Assembly: GCA_964016885.1 (NCBI GenBank)
Contig: OZ024741.1
Location: 23,436,001-23,500,000, forward strand
Reading direction: 5' to 3'
Origin: Eledone cirrhosa
Lineage: Eukaryota
DNA: 64,000 bases
Every line of letters begins with the position of its first letter. Position 1 is the first letter of the stretch. Both the position numbers and the translations under genes were made by a program. Under the pieces are notes generated by a model. It was given only the letters and a program-made list of their open reading frames with translations. It ran no database searches and was not told where the DNA came from. This document shows, piece by piece, positions 35,001-53,000 of the stretch.

Positions 35001-38000
35001 TACTGGGTATATTATATCACAGCACCAACACTACCACTTTACACTGTACTGGGTACATTATATAACAGCACCAACACCACCACTTTACACTGTACTGGGT
35101 ACATTATATCACAGCACCAACACTACCACTTTACACTGTACTGGGTACATTATATCACAGCACCAACACTACCACTTTACACTGTACTGGGTACATTATA
35201 TCACAGCATCAACACTACCACTTTACACTGTACTGGGTATATTATATCACAGCACCAACACTACCACTTTACACTGTAGTGGGTACATTATATCACAGCA
35301 CCAGCACTACCACTTTACACTGTACTGGGTACATTATATCACAGCACCAACACTACCACTTTACACTGTACTGGGTATATTATATCACAGCACCAACACT
35401 ACCACTTTACACTGTACTGGGTACATTATATCACAGCACCAACACTACCACTTTACACTGTACTGAGTACATTTTACCACAGTACCGAGACTACCACTTT
35501 ACACTGTACTGGGTACATTATATCATAGTACCAAGACTACCACTTTACACTGTACTGGGTACATTATATCACATCTCCAACAGTACCAGTTTACACTATA
35601 CTGGGTACATTATATCATAGTACCAAGACTACCACTTTACACTGTACTGGGTATATTATATCACAGCACCAGCACTACCACTTTACACTGTACTGGGTAC
35701 ATTATATCACAGCAGCAAGACTACCACTTTACACTGTACTGGGTACATTATATCACAGCACCAACACTACCACTTTACACTGTACTGGGTATATTATAAT
35801 CACAGCATCAACACTACCACTTTACACTGTACTGGGTATATTATATCACAGCACCAACACTATCACTTTACACTGTACTGGGTACATCATATCACAGCAC
35901 CAACACTACCACTTTACACTGTACTGGGTATATTATATCACAGCACCAACACTACCACTTTACACTGTACTGGGTATATTATATCACAGCATCAGCACTA
36001 CCACTTTACACTGTACTGGGTACATTATATCACAGCACCAGCACAACGACTTTACACTGTACTGGGTACATTATATCACAGCACCAACACTACCATTTTA
36101 CACTGTACTGGGTATATTATATCACAGCACCAGCACTACCACTTTACACTGTACTTGGTATATTATATCACAGCACCAGCACTACCACTTTACACTGTAC
36201 TGGGTATATTATATCACAGCACCAGCACTACCACTTTACACTGTACTGGGTATATTATATCACAGCACCAGCACTACCACTTTACACTATACTGGGTACA
36301 TTATATCATAGTACCAAGACTACCACTTTACACTGTACAGGGTATATTATATCACAGCACCAGCACTACCACTTTACACTGTACTGGGTACATTATATCA
36401 CAGCACCAACACTACCACTTTACACTGTACAGGGTACATTATATCACAGCACCAACACTACCACTTTACACTGTACTGGGTATATTATATCACAGCACCA
36501 GCACTACCACTTTACACTGTACTGGGTATATTATATCACAGCACCAACACTACCACTTTACACTGTACTGGGTATATTATATCACAGAACCAACACTACC
36601 ACTTTACACTGTACTGGGTACATTATATCACAGCACCAACACTACCACTTTACACTGTACTGTGTACATTATATCACAGCACCAACACTACCACTTTACA
36701 CTGTACAGGGTACATTGTATCACAGCACCAGCACTACCACTTTACACTGTACTGGGTACATTATATCACAGCACCAACACTACCCCTTTACACTGTACTG
36801 GGTACATTATATCACAGCATCAGCACTACCACTTTACACTGTACTGGGTATATTATATCACAGCACCAACACTACCACTTTACACTGTACTGGGTATATT
36901 ATATCACAGCACCAACACTACCACTTTACACTGTACTGGGTACATTATATCACAGCACCAACATTACCACTTTACACTGTACTGGGTATATTATATCACA
37001 GCACCAGCACTACCACTTTACACTGTACTGGGTATATTATATCACAGCACCAACACTACCACTTTACACTGTACTGGGTATATTATATCACAGCACCAGC
37101 ACCCCCACTTTACACTGTACTGGGTATATTATATCACAGCATCAACACTACCCCTTTACACTGTACTGGGTACATTATATCACAGCACCAACACTACCAC
37201 TTTACACTGTACTGGGTATATTATATCACAGCACCAACACTACCACTTTACACTGTACTGGGTATATTATATCACAGCACCAACACTACCACTTTACACT
37301 GTACTGGGTACATTATATCACAGCACCAGTACTACCACTTTACACTCTACCGGGAACATTATATCACAGCACCAACACCATCACTTTACACTGTACTGGG
37401 TACATTATATCACAGCACCAACACTACCACTTTACACTGTACTTGGTACATTATATCACGGCACCAACACTACCACTTTACACTGTACTGGGTATATTAT
37501 AATCACAGCACCAACACTACCACTTTACACTGTACCGGGAACATTATATCACAGCACCAACACCATCACTTTACACTGTACTGGGTACATTATATCACAG
37601 CACCAACACTACCACTTTACACTGTACTGGGTATATTATATCACACCACCAGCACTACCACTTTACACTGTACTGGGTACATTATATTACAGCACCAACA
37701 CTACCACTTTACACTGTACTGGGTATATTATATCACAGCATCAACACTACCACTTTACACTGTACTGGGTACATTATATCACAGCACCAGTACTACCACT
37801 TTACACTGTACTGGGTATATTATATCACAGCACCAACACTACCACTTTACACTGTACTGGGTACATTATATCACAGCACCAACACTACCACTTTACACTG
37901 TACTGGGTACATTATATCATAGTACCAAGACTACCACTTTACACTGTACTGGGTATATTATATCACAGCACCAGCACTACCACTTTACACTGTACTGGGT

Positions 38001-41000
38001 ACATTATATCATAGTACCAAGACTACCACTTTACACTGTACTGGGTATATTATATCACAGCATCAACACTACCCCTTTACACTGTACTGGGTACATTATA
38101 TCACAGCACCAACACTACCACTTTACACTGTACTGGGTACATTATATCACAGCACCAACACTACCACTTTACACTGTACTGGGTATATTATAATCACAGC
38201 ACCAGCAGTACCACTTTACACTGTACTGGGTACATTATATCACAGCATCAACACTACCACTTTACACTGTACTGGGTACATTATATCACAGCACCAACAC
38301 TACCACTTTACACTGTACTGGGTATATTATATCACGGCACCAACACTACCACTTTACACTGTACTGGGTATATTATATCACAGCACCAACACCCCCACTT
38401 TACACTGTACTGGGTACATTATATCACAGCACCAACATTACCATTTTACACTGTACTGGGTATATTATATCACAGCACCAACACTACCACTTTACACTGT
38501 ACTGGGAACATTATAACACAGCATCAACACTACCACTTTACACTGTACTGGGTACATTATATCACAGCACCACCACTACCACTTTACACTGTACTGGGTA
38601 TATTATATCACAGCACCAACACTACCACTTTACACTGTACTGGGTATATTATATCACAGCACCAGCACTACCACTTTACACTGTACTGGGTACATTATAT
38701 CACAGCACCAGCACTACCACTTTACACTGTACTGGGTACATTATATCACACACCAACACTCCCCCTTTACACTGTACTGGGTATATTATATCACAGCATC
38801 AACACTACCCCTTTACACTGTACTGGGTACATTATATCACAGCACCAACACTACCACTTTACACTGTACTGGGTACATTATATCACAGCACCAACACTAC
38901 CACTTTACACTGTACTGGGTATATTATAATCACAGCACCAATACTACCACTTTACACTGTACTGGGTATAATATATCACAGCATCAACACTACCACTTTA
39001 CACTGTACTGGGTATATTATATCACAGCACCAACACTACCACTTTACACTGTACTGGGTACATTATATCACAGCACCAGTACTACCACTTTACACTGTAC
39101 TGGGAACATTATATCACAGCACCAACACCATCACTTTACACTGTACTGGGTACATTATATCACAGCACCAAGACTACCACTTTACACTGTACTGGGTATA
39201 TTATATCACAGCATCAACACTACCACTTTACACTGTACTTGGTACATTATATCACGGCACCAACACTACCACTTTACACTGTACTGGGTATATTATAATC
39301 ACAGCACCAACACTACCACTTTACACTGTACTGGGTATATTATATCACAGCACCAACACTACCACTTTACACTGTACTGGGTATATTATAATCACAGCAC
39401 CAACACTACCACTTTACACTGTACTGGGTATATTATATCACAGCATCAACACTACCACTTTACACTGTACTGGGTATATTATATCACAGCACCAACACTA
39501 CCACTTTACACTGTACTGGGTACATTATACCACAGCACCAGTACTACCACTTTACACTGTACCGGGAACATTATATCACAGCACCAAAACCATCACTTTA
39601 CACTGTACTGGGTACATTATATCACAGCACCAACACTACCACTTTACACTGTACTGGGAATATTATATCACACCACCAGCACTACCACTTTACACTGTAC
39701 TGGGTACATTATATCACAGCACCAGTACTACCACTTTACACTGTACTGGGTATATTATATCACAGCACCAACACTACCACTATACACTGTACTGGGTACA
39801 TTATATCACAGCACCAACACTACCACTTTACACTGTACTGGGTACATTATATCATAGTACCAAGACTACCACTTTACACTGTACTGGGTATATTATATCA
39901 CAGCACCAGCACTACCACTTTACACTGTACTGGGTACATAATATCATAGTACCAAGACTACCACTTTACACTGTACTGGGTATATTATATCACAGCACCA
40001 GCACTACCACTTTAAACTGTACTGGGTACATTATATCACAGCACCAAGACTACCACTTTACACTGTACTGGGTATATTATATCACAGCACCAGCACTACC
40101 ACTTTAAACTGTACTGGGTACATTATATCACAGCACCAAGACTACCACTTTACACTGTACTGGGTACATTATATCACAGCACCAACACTACCACTTTACA
40201 CTGTACAGGGTACATTATATCACAACACCAGCACTACCACTTTACACTGTACTGGGTATATTATATCACAGCACCAACACTACCCCTTTACACTGTACTG
40301 GGTACATTATATCACAGCATCAGCACTACCACTTTACACTGTACTGGGTATATTATATCACAGCACCAACACTACCACTTTACACTGTACTGGGTATATT
40401 ATATCACAGCACCAACACCACCACTTTACACTGTACTGGGTACATTATATCACAGCACCAACATTACCACTTTACACTGTACTGGGTATATTATATCACA
40501 GCACCAGCACTACCACTTTACACTGTACTGGGTATATTATATCACAGCACCAACACTACCACTTTACACTGTACTGGGTATATTATATCACAGCACCAAC
40601 ACCCCCACTTTACACTGTACTGGGTATATTATATCACAGCATCAACACTACCCCTTTACACCGTACTGGGTACATTATATCACAGCACCAACACTACCAC
40701 TTTACACTGTACTGGGTACATTATATCACAGCACCAACACTACCACTTTACACTGTACTGGGTATATTATAATCACAGCACCAGCACTACCACTTTACAC
40801 TGTACTGGGTATATTATATCACGGCACCAACACTACCACTTTACACTGTACTGGGTATATTATATCACAGCACCAACACCCCCACTTTACACTGTACTGG
40901 GTACATTATATCACAGCACCAACATTACCATTTTACACTGTACTGGGTATATTATATCACAGCACCAACACTACCACTTTACACTGTACTGGGTACATTA

Positions 41001-44000
41001 TAACACAGCATCAACACTACCACTTTACACTGTACTGGGTACATTATATCACAGCACCACCACTACCACTTTACACTGTACTGGGTATATTATATCACAG
41101 CACCAACACTACCATTTTACACTGTACTGGGTATATTATATCACAGCACCAACACTACCACTTTACACTGTACTGGGTATATTATATCACAGCACCAGCA
41201 CTACCACTTTACACTGTACTGGGTACATTATATCACAGCACCAGCACTACCACTTTACACTGTACTGGGTACATTATATCACAGCACCAACACTCCCCCT
41301 TTACACTGTACTGGGTATATTATATCACAGCATCAACACTACCCCTTTACACTGTACTGGGTACATTATATCACAGCACCAACACTACCACTTTACACTG
41401 TACTGGGTACATTATATCACAGCACCAACACTACCACTTTACACTGTACTGGGTATATTATAATCACAGCACCAATACTACCACTTTACACTGTACTGGG
41501 TATAATATATCACAGCATCAACACTACCACTTTACACTGTACTGGGTATATTATATCACAGCACCAACACTACCACTTTACACTGTACTGGGTACATTAT
41601 ATCACAGCACCAGTACTACCACTTTACACTGTACTGGGAACATTATATCACAGCACCAACACCATCACTTTACACTGTACTGGGTACATTATATCACAGC
41701 ACCAAGACTACCACTTTACACTGTACTGGGTATATTATATCACAGCATCAACACTACCACTTTACACTGTACTTGGTACATTATATCACGGCACCAACAC
41801 TACCACTTTACACTGTACTGGGTATATTATAATCACAGCACCAACACTACCACTTTACACTGTACTGGGTATATTATATCACAGCATCAACACTACCACT
41901 TTACACTGTACTGGGTATATTATATCACAGCACCAACACTACCACTTTACACTGTACTGGGTATATTATAATCACAGCACCAACACTACCACTTTACACT
42001 GTACTGGGTATATTATATCACAGCATCAACACTACCACTTTACACTGTACTGGGTATATTATATCACAGCACCAACACTACCACTTTACACTGTACTGGG
42101 TACATTATATCACAGCACCAGTACTACCACTTTACACTGTACCGGGAACATTATATCACAGCACCAACACTATCACTTTACACTGTACTGGGTACATTAT
42201 ATCACAGCACCAACACTACCACTTTACACTGTACTGGGTATATTATATCACACCACCAGCACTACCACTTTACACTGTACTGGGTACATTATATCACAGC
42301 ACCAGTACTACCACTTTACACTGTACTGGGTATATTATATCACAGCACCAACACTACCACTTTACACTGTACTGGGTATATTATATCACAGAACCAACAC
42401 CACCACTTTACACTGTACTGGGTACATTATATCACAGCACCAACATTACCACTTTACACTGTACTGGGTATATTATATCACAGCACCAGCACTACCACTT
42501 TACACTGTACTGGGTATATTATATCACAGCACCAACACTACCACTTTACACTGTACTGGGTATATTATATCACAGCACCAACACCCCCACTTTACACTGT
42601 ACTGGGTATATTATATCACAGCATCAACACTACCCCTTTACACTGTACTGGGTACATTATATCACAGCACCAACACTACCACTTTACACTGTACTGGGTA
42701 CATTATATCACAGCACCAACACTACCACTTTACACTGTACTGGGTATATTATAATCACAGCACCAGCACTACCACTTTACACTGTACTGGGTATATTATA
42801 TCACGGCACCAACACTACCACTTTACACTGTACTGGGTATATTATATCACAGCACCAACACCCCCACTTTACACTGTACTGGGTACATTATATCACAGCA
42901 CCAACATTACCATTTTACACTGTACTGGGTATATTATATCACAGCACCAACACTACCACTTTACACTGTACTGGGTACATTATAACACAGCATCAACACT
43001 ACCACTTTACACTGTACTGGGTACATTATATCACAGCACCACCACTACCACTTTACACTGTACTGGGTATATTATATCACAGCACCAACACTACCATTTT
43101 ACACTGTACTGGGTATATTATATCACAGCACCAACACTACCACTTTACACTGTACTGGGTATATTATATCACAGCACCAGCACTACCACTTTACACTGTA
43201 CTGGGTACATTATATCACAGCACCAGCACTACCACTTTACACTGTACTGGGTACATTATATCACAGCACCAACACTCCCCCTTTACACTGTACTGGGTAT
43301 ATTATATCACAGCATCAACAGAACCCCTTTACACTGTACTGGGTACATTATATCACAGCACCAACACTACCACTTTACACTGTACTGGGTACATTATATC
43401 ACAGCACCAACACTACCACTTTACACTGTACTGGGTATATTATAATCACAGCACCAATACTACCACTTTACACTGTACTGGGTATATTATATCACAGCAT
43501 CAACACTACCACTTTACACTGTACTGGGTATATTATATCACAGCACCAACACTACCACTTTACACTGTACTGGGTACATTATATCACAGCACCAGTACTA
43601 CCACTTTACACTGTACTGGGAACATTATATCACAGCACCAACACCATCACCTTACACTGTACTGGGTACATTATATCACAGCACGAAGACTACCACTTTA
43701 CACTGTACTGGGTATATTATATCACAGCATCAACACTACCACTTTACACTGTACTTGGTACATTATATCACGGCACCAAACTACCACTTTACACTGTACT
43801 GGGTATATTATAATCACAGCACCAACACTACCACTTTACACTGTACTGGGTATATTATATCACAGCATCAACACTACCACTTTACACTGTACTGGGAATA
43901 TTATATCACAGCACCAACACTACCACTTTACACTGTACTGGGTATATTATAATCACAGCACCAACACTACCACTTTACACTTTACTGGGTATATTATATC

Positions 44001-47000
44001 ACAGCATCAACACTACCACTTTACACTGTACTGGGTATATTATATCACAGCACCAACACTACCACTTTACACTGTACTGGGTACATTATATCACAGCACC
44101 AGTACTACCACTTTATACTGTACCGGGAACATTATATCACAGCACCAACACCATCACTTTACACTGTACTGGGTACATTATATCACAGCACCAACACTAC
44201 CACTTTACACTGTACTGGGTATATTATATCACACCACCAGCACTACCACTTTACACTGTACTGGGTACATTATATAACAGCACCAACACTACCACTTTAC
44301 ACTGTACTGGGTACATTACATCACAGCACTAGCACTACCACTTTACACTGTACTGGGTACATTATATCACAGCACCAACACTACCCCTTTACACTGTACT
44401 GGGTATATTATATCACAGCATCAACAGTACCCCTTTACACTGTACTGCGTACATTATATCACAGCACCAACACCACCACTTTACACTCTACTGGGTACAT
44501 TATATCACAGCACCAACACTACCACTTTACACTGTACTGGGTATATTATATCACAGCACCAACATTACTACTTTACACTGCACTGGGTACATTATATCAC
44601 AGCACCAACACTACCACTTTACACTGTACTGGGTACATTATATCACAGCACCAACACTACCACTTTACACTGTACTGGGTACATTATATCACAGCACCAA
44701 CACCACCACTTTACACTCTACTGGGTACATTATATCACAGCACCAACACTACCACTTTACACTGTACTGGGTATATTATATCACAGCACCAACATTACTA
44801 CTTTACACTGCACTGGGTACATTATATCACAGCACCAACACTACAACTTTACACTGTACTGGGTACATTATATCACAGCACCAACACTACCACTTTACAC
44901 TGTACTGGGTACATTATATCACAGCACCAACACTACCACTTTACACTGCACTGGGTACATTATATCACAGCATCAGCACTACCACTTTACACTGTACTGG
45001 GTATATTATATCACAGCACCAACACTACCACTTTACACTGTACTGGGTATATTATATCACAGCACCAACACCACCACTTTACACTGTACTGGGTACATTA
45101 TATCACAGCACCAACATTACCACTTTACACTGTACTGGGTATATTATATCACAGCACCAGCACTACCACTTTACACTGTACTGGGTATATTATATCACAG
45201 CACCAACACTACCACTTTACACTGTACTGGGTATATTATATCACAGCACCAACACCCCCACTTTACACTGTACTGGGTATATTATATCACAGCATCAACA
45301 CTACCCCTTTACACCGTACTGGGTACATTATATCACAGCACCAACACTACCACTTTACACTGTACTGGGTACATTATATCACAGCACCACCACTACCACT
45401 TTACACTGTACTGGGTATATTATATCACAGCACCAACACTACCATTTTACACTGTACTGGGTATATTATATCACAGCACCAACACTACCACTTTACACTG
45501 TACTGGGTATATTATATCACAGCACCAGCACTACCACTTTACACTGTACTGGGTACATTATATCACAGCACCAGCACTACCACTTTACACTGTACTGGGT
45601 ACATTATATCACAGCACCAACACTCCCCCTTTACACTGTACTGGGTATATTATATCACAGCATCAACAGAACCCCTTTACACTGTACTGGGTACATTATA
45701 TCACAGCACCAACACTACCACTTTACACTGTACTGGGTACATTATATCACAGCACCAACACTACCACTTTACACTGTACTGGGTATATTATAATCACAGC
45801 ACCAATACTACCACTTTACACTGTACTGGGTATATTATATCACAGCATCAACACTACCACTTTACACTGTACTGGGTATATTATATCACAGCACCAACAC
45901 TACCACTTTACACTGTACTGGGTACATTATATCACAGCACCAGTACTACCACTTTACACTGTACTGGGAACATTATATCACAGCACCAACACCATCACCT
46001 TACACTGTACTGGGTACATTATATCACAGCACGAAGACTACCACTTTACACTGTACTGGGTATATTATATCACAGCATCAACACTACCACTTTACACTGT
46101 ACTTGGTACATTATATCACGGCACCAAACTACCACTTTACACTGTACTGGGTATATTATAATCACAGCACCAACACTACCACTTTACACTGTACTGGGTA
46201 TATTATATCACAGCATCAACACTACCACTTTACACTGTACTGGGTATATTATATCACAGCACCAACACTACCACTTTACACTGTACTGGGTACATTATAT
46301 CACAGCACCAGTACTACCACTTTATACTGTACCGGGAACATTATATCACAGCACCAACACCATCACTTTACACTGTACTGGGTACATTATATCACAGCAC
46401 CAACACTACCACTTTACACTGTACTGGGTATATTATATCACACCACCAGCACTACCACTTTACACTGTACTGGGTACATTATATAACAGCACCAACACTA
46501 CCACTTTACACTGTACTGGGTACATTACATCACAGCACTAGCACTACCACTTTACACTGTACTGGGTACATTATATCACAGCACCAACACTACCCCTTTA
46601 CACTGTACTGGGTATATTATATCACAGCATCAACAGTACCCCTTTACACTGTACTGGGTACATTATATCACAGCACCAACACCACCACTTTACACTCTAC
46701 TGGGTACATTATATCACAGCACCAACACTACCACTTTACACTGTACTGGGTATATTATATCACAGCACCAACATTACTACTTTACACTGCACTGGGTACA
46801 TTATATCACAGCACCAACACTACCACTTTACACTGTACTGGGTACATTATATCACAGCACCAACACTACCACTTTACACTGTACTGGGTACATTATATCA
46901 CAGCACCAACACCACCACTTTACACTCTACTGGGTACATTATATCACAGCACCAACACTACCACTTTACACTGTACTGGGTATATTATATCACAGCACCA

Positions 47001-50000
47001 ACATTACTACTTTACACTGCACTGGGTACATTATATCACAGCACCAACACTACAACTTTACACTGTACTGGGTACATTATATCACAGCACCAACACTACC
47101 ACTTTACACTGTACTGGGTACATTATATCACAGCACCAACACTACCACTTTACACTGCACTGGGTACATTATATCACAGCATCAGCACTACCACTTTACA
47201 CTGTACTGGGTATATTATATCACAGCACCAACACTACCACTTTACACTGTACTGGGTATATTATATCACAGCACCAACACCACCACTTTACACTGTACTG
47301 GGTACATTATATCACAGCACCAACATTACCACTTTACACTGTACTGGGTATATTATATCACAGCACCAGCACTACCACTTTACACTGTACTGGGTATATT
47401 ATATCACAGCACCAACACTACCACTTTACACTGTACTGGGTATATTATATCACAGCACCAACACCCCCACTTTACACTGTACTGGGTATATTATATCACA
47501 GCATCAACACTACCCCTTTACACCGTACTGGGTACATTATATCACAGCACCAACACTACCACTTTACACTGTACTGGGTACATTATATCACAGCACCAAC
47601 ACTACCACTTTACACTGTACTGGGTATATTATAATCACAGCACCAGCACTACCACTTTACACTGTACTGGGTATATTATATCACGGCACCAACACTACCA
47701 CTTTACACTGTACTGGGTATATTATATCACAGCACCAACACCCCCACTTTACACTGTACTGGGTACATTATATCACAGCACCAACATTACCATTTTACAC
47801 TGTACTGGGTATATTATATCACAGCACCAACACTACCACTTTACACTGTACTGGGTACATTATAACACAGCATCAACACTACCACTTTACACTGTACTGG
47901 GTACATTATATCACAGCACCACCACTACCACTTTACACTGTACTGGGTATATTATATCACAGCACCAACACTACCATTTTACACTGTACTGGGTATATTA
48001 TATCACAGCACCAACACTACCACTTTACACTGTACTGGGTATATTATATCACAGCACCAGCACTACCACTTTACACTGTACTGGGTACATTATATCACAG
48101 CACCAGCACTACCACTTTACACTGTACTGGGTACATTATATCACAGCACCAACACTCCCCCTTTACACTGTACTGGGTATATTATATCACAGCATCAACA
48201 CTACCCCTTTACACTGTACTGGGTACATTATATCACAGCACCAACACTACCACTTTACACTGTACTGGGTACATTATATCACAGCACCAACACTACCACT
48301 TTACACTGTACTGGGTATATTATAATCACAGCACCAATACTACCACTTTACACTGTACTGGGTATAATATATCACAGCATCAACACTACCACTTTACACT
48401 GTACTGGGTATATTATATCACAGCACCAACACTACCACTTTACACTGTACTGGGTACATTATATCACAGCACCAGTACTACCACTTTACACTGTACTGGG
48501 AACATTATATCACAGCACCAACACCATCACTTTACACTGTACTGGGTACATTATATCACAGCACCAAGACTACCACTTTACACTGTACTGGGTATATTAT
48601 ATCACAGCATCAACACTACCACTTTACACTGTACTTGGTACATTATATCACGGCACCAACACTACCACTTTACACTGTACTGGGTATATTATAATCACAG
48701 CACCAACACTACCACTTTACACTGTACTGGGTATATTATATCACAGCATCAACACTACCACTTTACACTGTACTGGGTATATTATATCACAGCACCAACA
48801 CTACCACTTTACACTGTACTGGGTATATTATAATCACAGCACCAACACTACCACTTTACACTGTACTGGGTATATTATATCACAGCATCAACACTACCAC
48901 TTTACACTGTACTGGGTATATTATATCACAGCACCAACACTACCACTTTACACTGTACTGGGTACATTATATCACAGCACCAGTACTACCACTTTACACT
49001 GTACCGGGAACATTATATCACAGCACCAACACTATCACTTTACACTGTACTGGGTACATTATATCACAGCACCAACACTACCACTTTACACTGTACTGGG
49101 TATATTATATCACACCACCAGCACTACCACTTTACACTGTACTGGGTACATTATATCACAGCACCAGTACTACCACTTTACACTGTACTGGGTATATTAT
49201 ATCACAGCACCAACACTACCACTTTACACTGTACTGGGTATATTATATCACAGAACCAACACCACCACTTTACACTGTACTGGGTACATTATATCACAGC
49301 ACCAACATTACCACTTTACACTGTACTGGGTATATTATATCACAGCACCAGCACTACCACTTTACACTGTACTGGGTATATTATATCACAGCACCAACAC
49401 TACCACTTTACACTGTACTGGGTATATTATATCACAGCACCAACACCCCCACTTTACACTGTACTGGGTATATTATATCACAGCATCAACACTACCCCTT
49501 TACACTGTACTGGGTACATTATATCACAGCACCAACACTACCACTTTACACTGTACTGGGTACATTATATCACAGCACCAACACTACCACTTTACACTGT
49601 ACTGGGTATATTATAATCACAGCACCAGCACTACCACTTTACACTGTACTGGGTATATTATATCACGGCACCAACACTACCACTTTACACTGTACTGGGT
49701 ATATTATATCACAGCACCAACACCCCCACTTTACACTGTACTGGGTACATTATATCACAGCACCAACATTACCATTTTACACTGTACTGGGTATATTATA
49801 TCACAGCACCAACACTACCACTTTACACTGTACTGGGTACATTATAACACAGCATCAACACTACCACTTTACACTGTACTGGGTACATTATATCACAGCA
49901 CCACCACTACCACTTTACACTGTACTGGGTATATTATATCACAGCACCAACACTACCATTTTACACTGTACTGGGTATATTATATCACAGCACCAACACT

Positions 50001-53000
50001 ACCACTTTACACTGTACTGGGTATATTATATCACAGCACCAGCACTACCACTTTACACTGTACTGGGTACATTATATCACAGCACCAGCACTACCACTTT
50101 ACACTGTACTGGGTACATTATATCACAGCACCAACACTCCCCCTTTACACTGTACTGGGTATATTATATCACAGCATCAACAGAACCCCTTTACACTGTA
50201 CTGGGTACATTATATCACAGCACCAACACTACCACTTTACACTGTACTGGGTACATTATATCACAGCACCAACACTACCACTTTACACTGTACTGGGTAT
50301 ATTATAATCACAGCACCAATACTACCACTTTACACTGTACTGGGTATATTATATCACAGCATCAACACTACCACTTTACACTGTACTGGGTATATTATAT
50401 CACAGCACCAACACTACCACTTTACACTGTACTGGGTACATTATATCACAGCACCAGTACTACCACTTTACACTGTACTGGGAACATTATATCACAGCAC
50501 CAACACCATCACCTTACACTGTACTGGGTACATTATATCACAGCACGAAGACTACCACTTTACACTGTACTGGGTATATTATATCACAGCATCAACACTA
50601 CCACTTTACACTGTACTTGGTACATTATATCACGGCACCAAACTACCACTTTACACTGTACTGGGTATATTATAATCACAGCACCAACACTACCACTTTA
50701 CACTGTACTGGGTATATTATATCACAGCATCAACACTACCACTTTACACTGTACTGGGAATATTATATCACAGCACCAACACTACCACTTTACACTGTAC
50801 TGGGTATATTATAATCACAGCACCAACACTACCACTTTACACTTTACTGGGTATATTATATCACAGCATCAACACTACCACTTTACACTGTACTGGGTAT
50901 ATTATATCACAGCACCAACACTACCACTTTACACTGTACTGGTTACATTATATCACAGCACCAGTACTACCACTTTATACTGTACCGGGAACATTATATC
51001 ACAGCACCAACACCATCACTTTACACTGTACTGGGTACATTATATCACAGCACCAACACTACCACTTTACACTGTACTGGGTATATTATATCACACCACC
51101 AGCACTACCACTTTACACTGTACTGGGTACATTATATAACAGCACCAACACTACCACTTTACACTGTACTGGGTACATTACATCACAGCACTAGCACTAC
51201 CACTTTACACTGTACTGGGTACATTATATCACAGCACCAACACTACCCCTTTACACTGTACTGGGTATATTATATCACAGCATCAACAGTACCCCTTTAC
51301 ACTGTACTGGGTACATTATATCACAGCACCAACACCACCACTTTACACTCTACTGGGTACATTATATCACAGCACCAACACTACCACTTTACACTGTACT
51401 GGGTATATTATATCACAGCACCAACATTACTACTTTACACTGCACTGGGTACATTATATCACAGCACCAACACTACCACTTTACACTGTACTGGGTACAT
51501 TATATCACAGCACCAACACTACCACTTTACACTGTACTGGGTACATTATATCACAGCACCAACACCACCACTTTACACTCTACTGGGTACATTATATCAC
51601 AGCACCAACACTACCACTTTACACTGTACTGGGTATATTATATCACAGCACCAACATTACTACTTTACACTGCACTGGGTACATTATATCACAGCACCAA
51701 CACTACAACTTTACACTGTACTGGGTACATTATATCACAGCACCAACACTACCACTTTACACTGTACTGGGTACATTATATCACAGCACCAACACTACCA
51801 CTTTACACTGCACTGGGTACATTATATCACAGCATCAACACTACCACTTTACACTGTACTGGGTACATTATATCACAGCACCAACACTACCACTTTACAC
51901 TGTACTGGGTATATTATAATCACAGCACCAGCACTACCACTTTACACTGTACTGGGTATAATATATCACAGCATCAACACTACCACTTTACACTGTACTG
52001 GGTATATTATATCACAGCACCAACACTACCACTTTACACTGTACTGGGTACATTATATCACAGCACCAGTACTACCACTTTACACTGTACTGGGAACATT
52101 ATATCACAGCACCAACACCATCACTTTACACTGTACTGGGTACATTATATCACAGCACCAAGACTACCACTTTACACTGTACTGGGTATATTATATCACA
52201 GCATCAACACTACCACTTTACACTGTACTTGGTACATTATATCACGGCACCAACACTACCACTTTACACTGTACTGGGTATATTATAATCACAGCACCAA
52301 CACTACCACTTTACACTGTACTGGGTATATTATATCACAGCATCAACACTACCACTTTACACTGTACTGGGTATATTATATCACAGCACCAACACTACCA
52401 CTTTACACTGTACTGGGTATATTATAATCACAGCACCAACACTACCACTTTACACTGTACTGGGTATATTATATCACAGCATCAACACTACCACTTTACA
52501 CTGTACTGGGTATATTATATCACAGCACCAACACTACCACTTTACACTGTACTGGGTACATTATATCACAGCACCAGTACTACCACTTTACACTGTACCG
52601 GGAACATTATATCACAGCACCAACACTATCACTTTACACTGTACTGGGTACATTATATCACAGCACCAACACTACCACTTTACACTGTACTGGGTATATT
52701 ATATCATACCACCAGCACTACCACTTTACACTGTACTGGGTACATTATATCACAGCACCAGTACTACCACTTTACACTGTACTGGGTATATTATATCACA
52801 GCACCAACACTACCACTTTACACTGTACTGGGTATATTATATCACAGAACCAACACCACCACTTTACACTGTACTGGGTATATTATATCACAGCACCAAC
52901 ATTACCACTTTACACTGTACTGGGTATATTATATCACAGCACCAGCACTACCACTTTACACTGTACTGGGTATATTATATCACAGCACCAACACTACCAC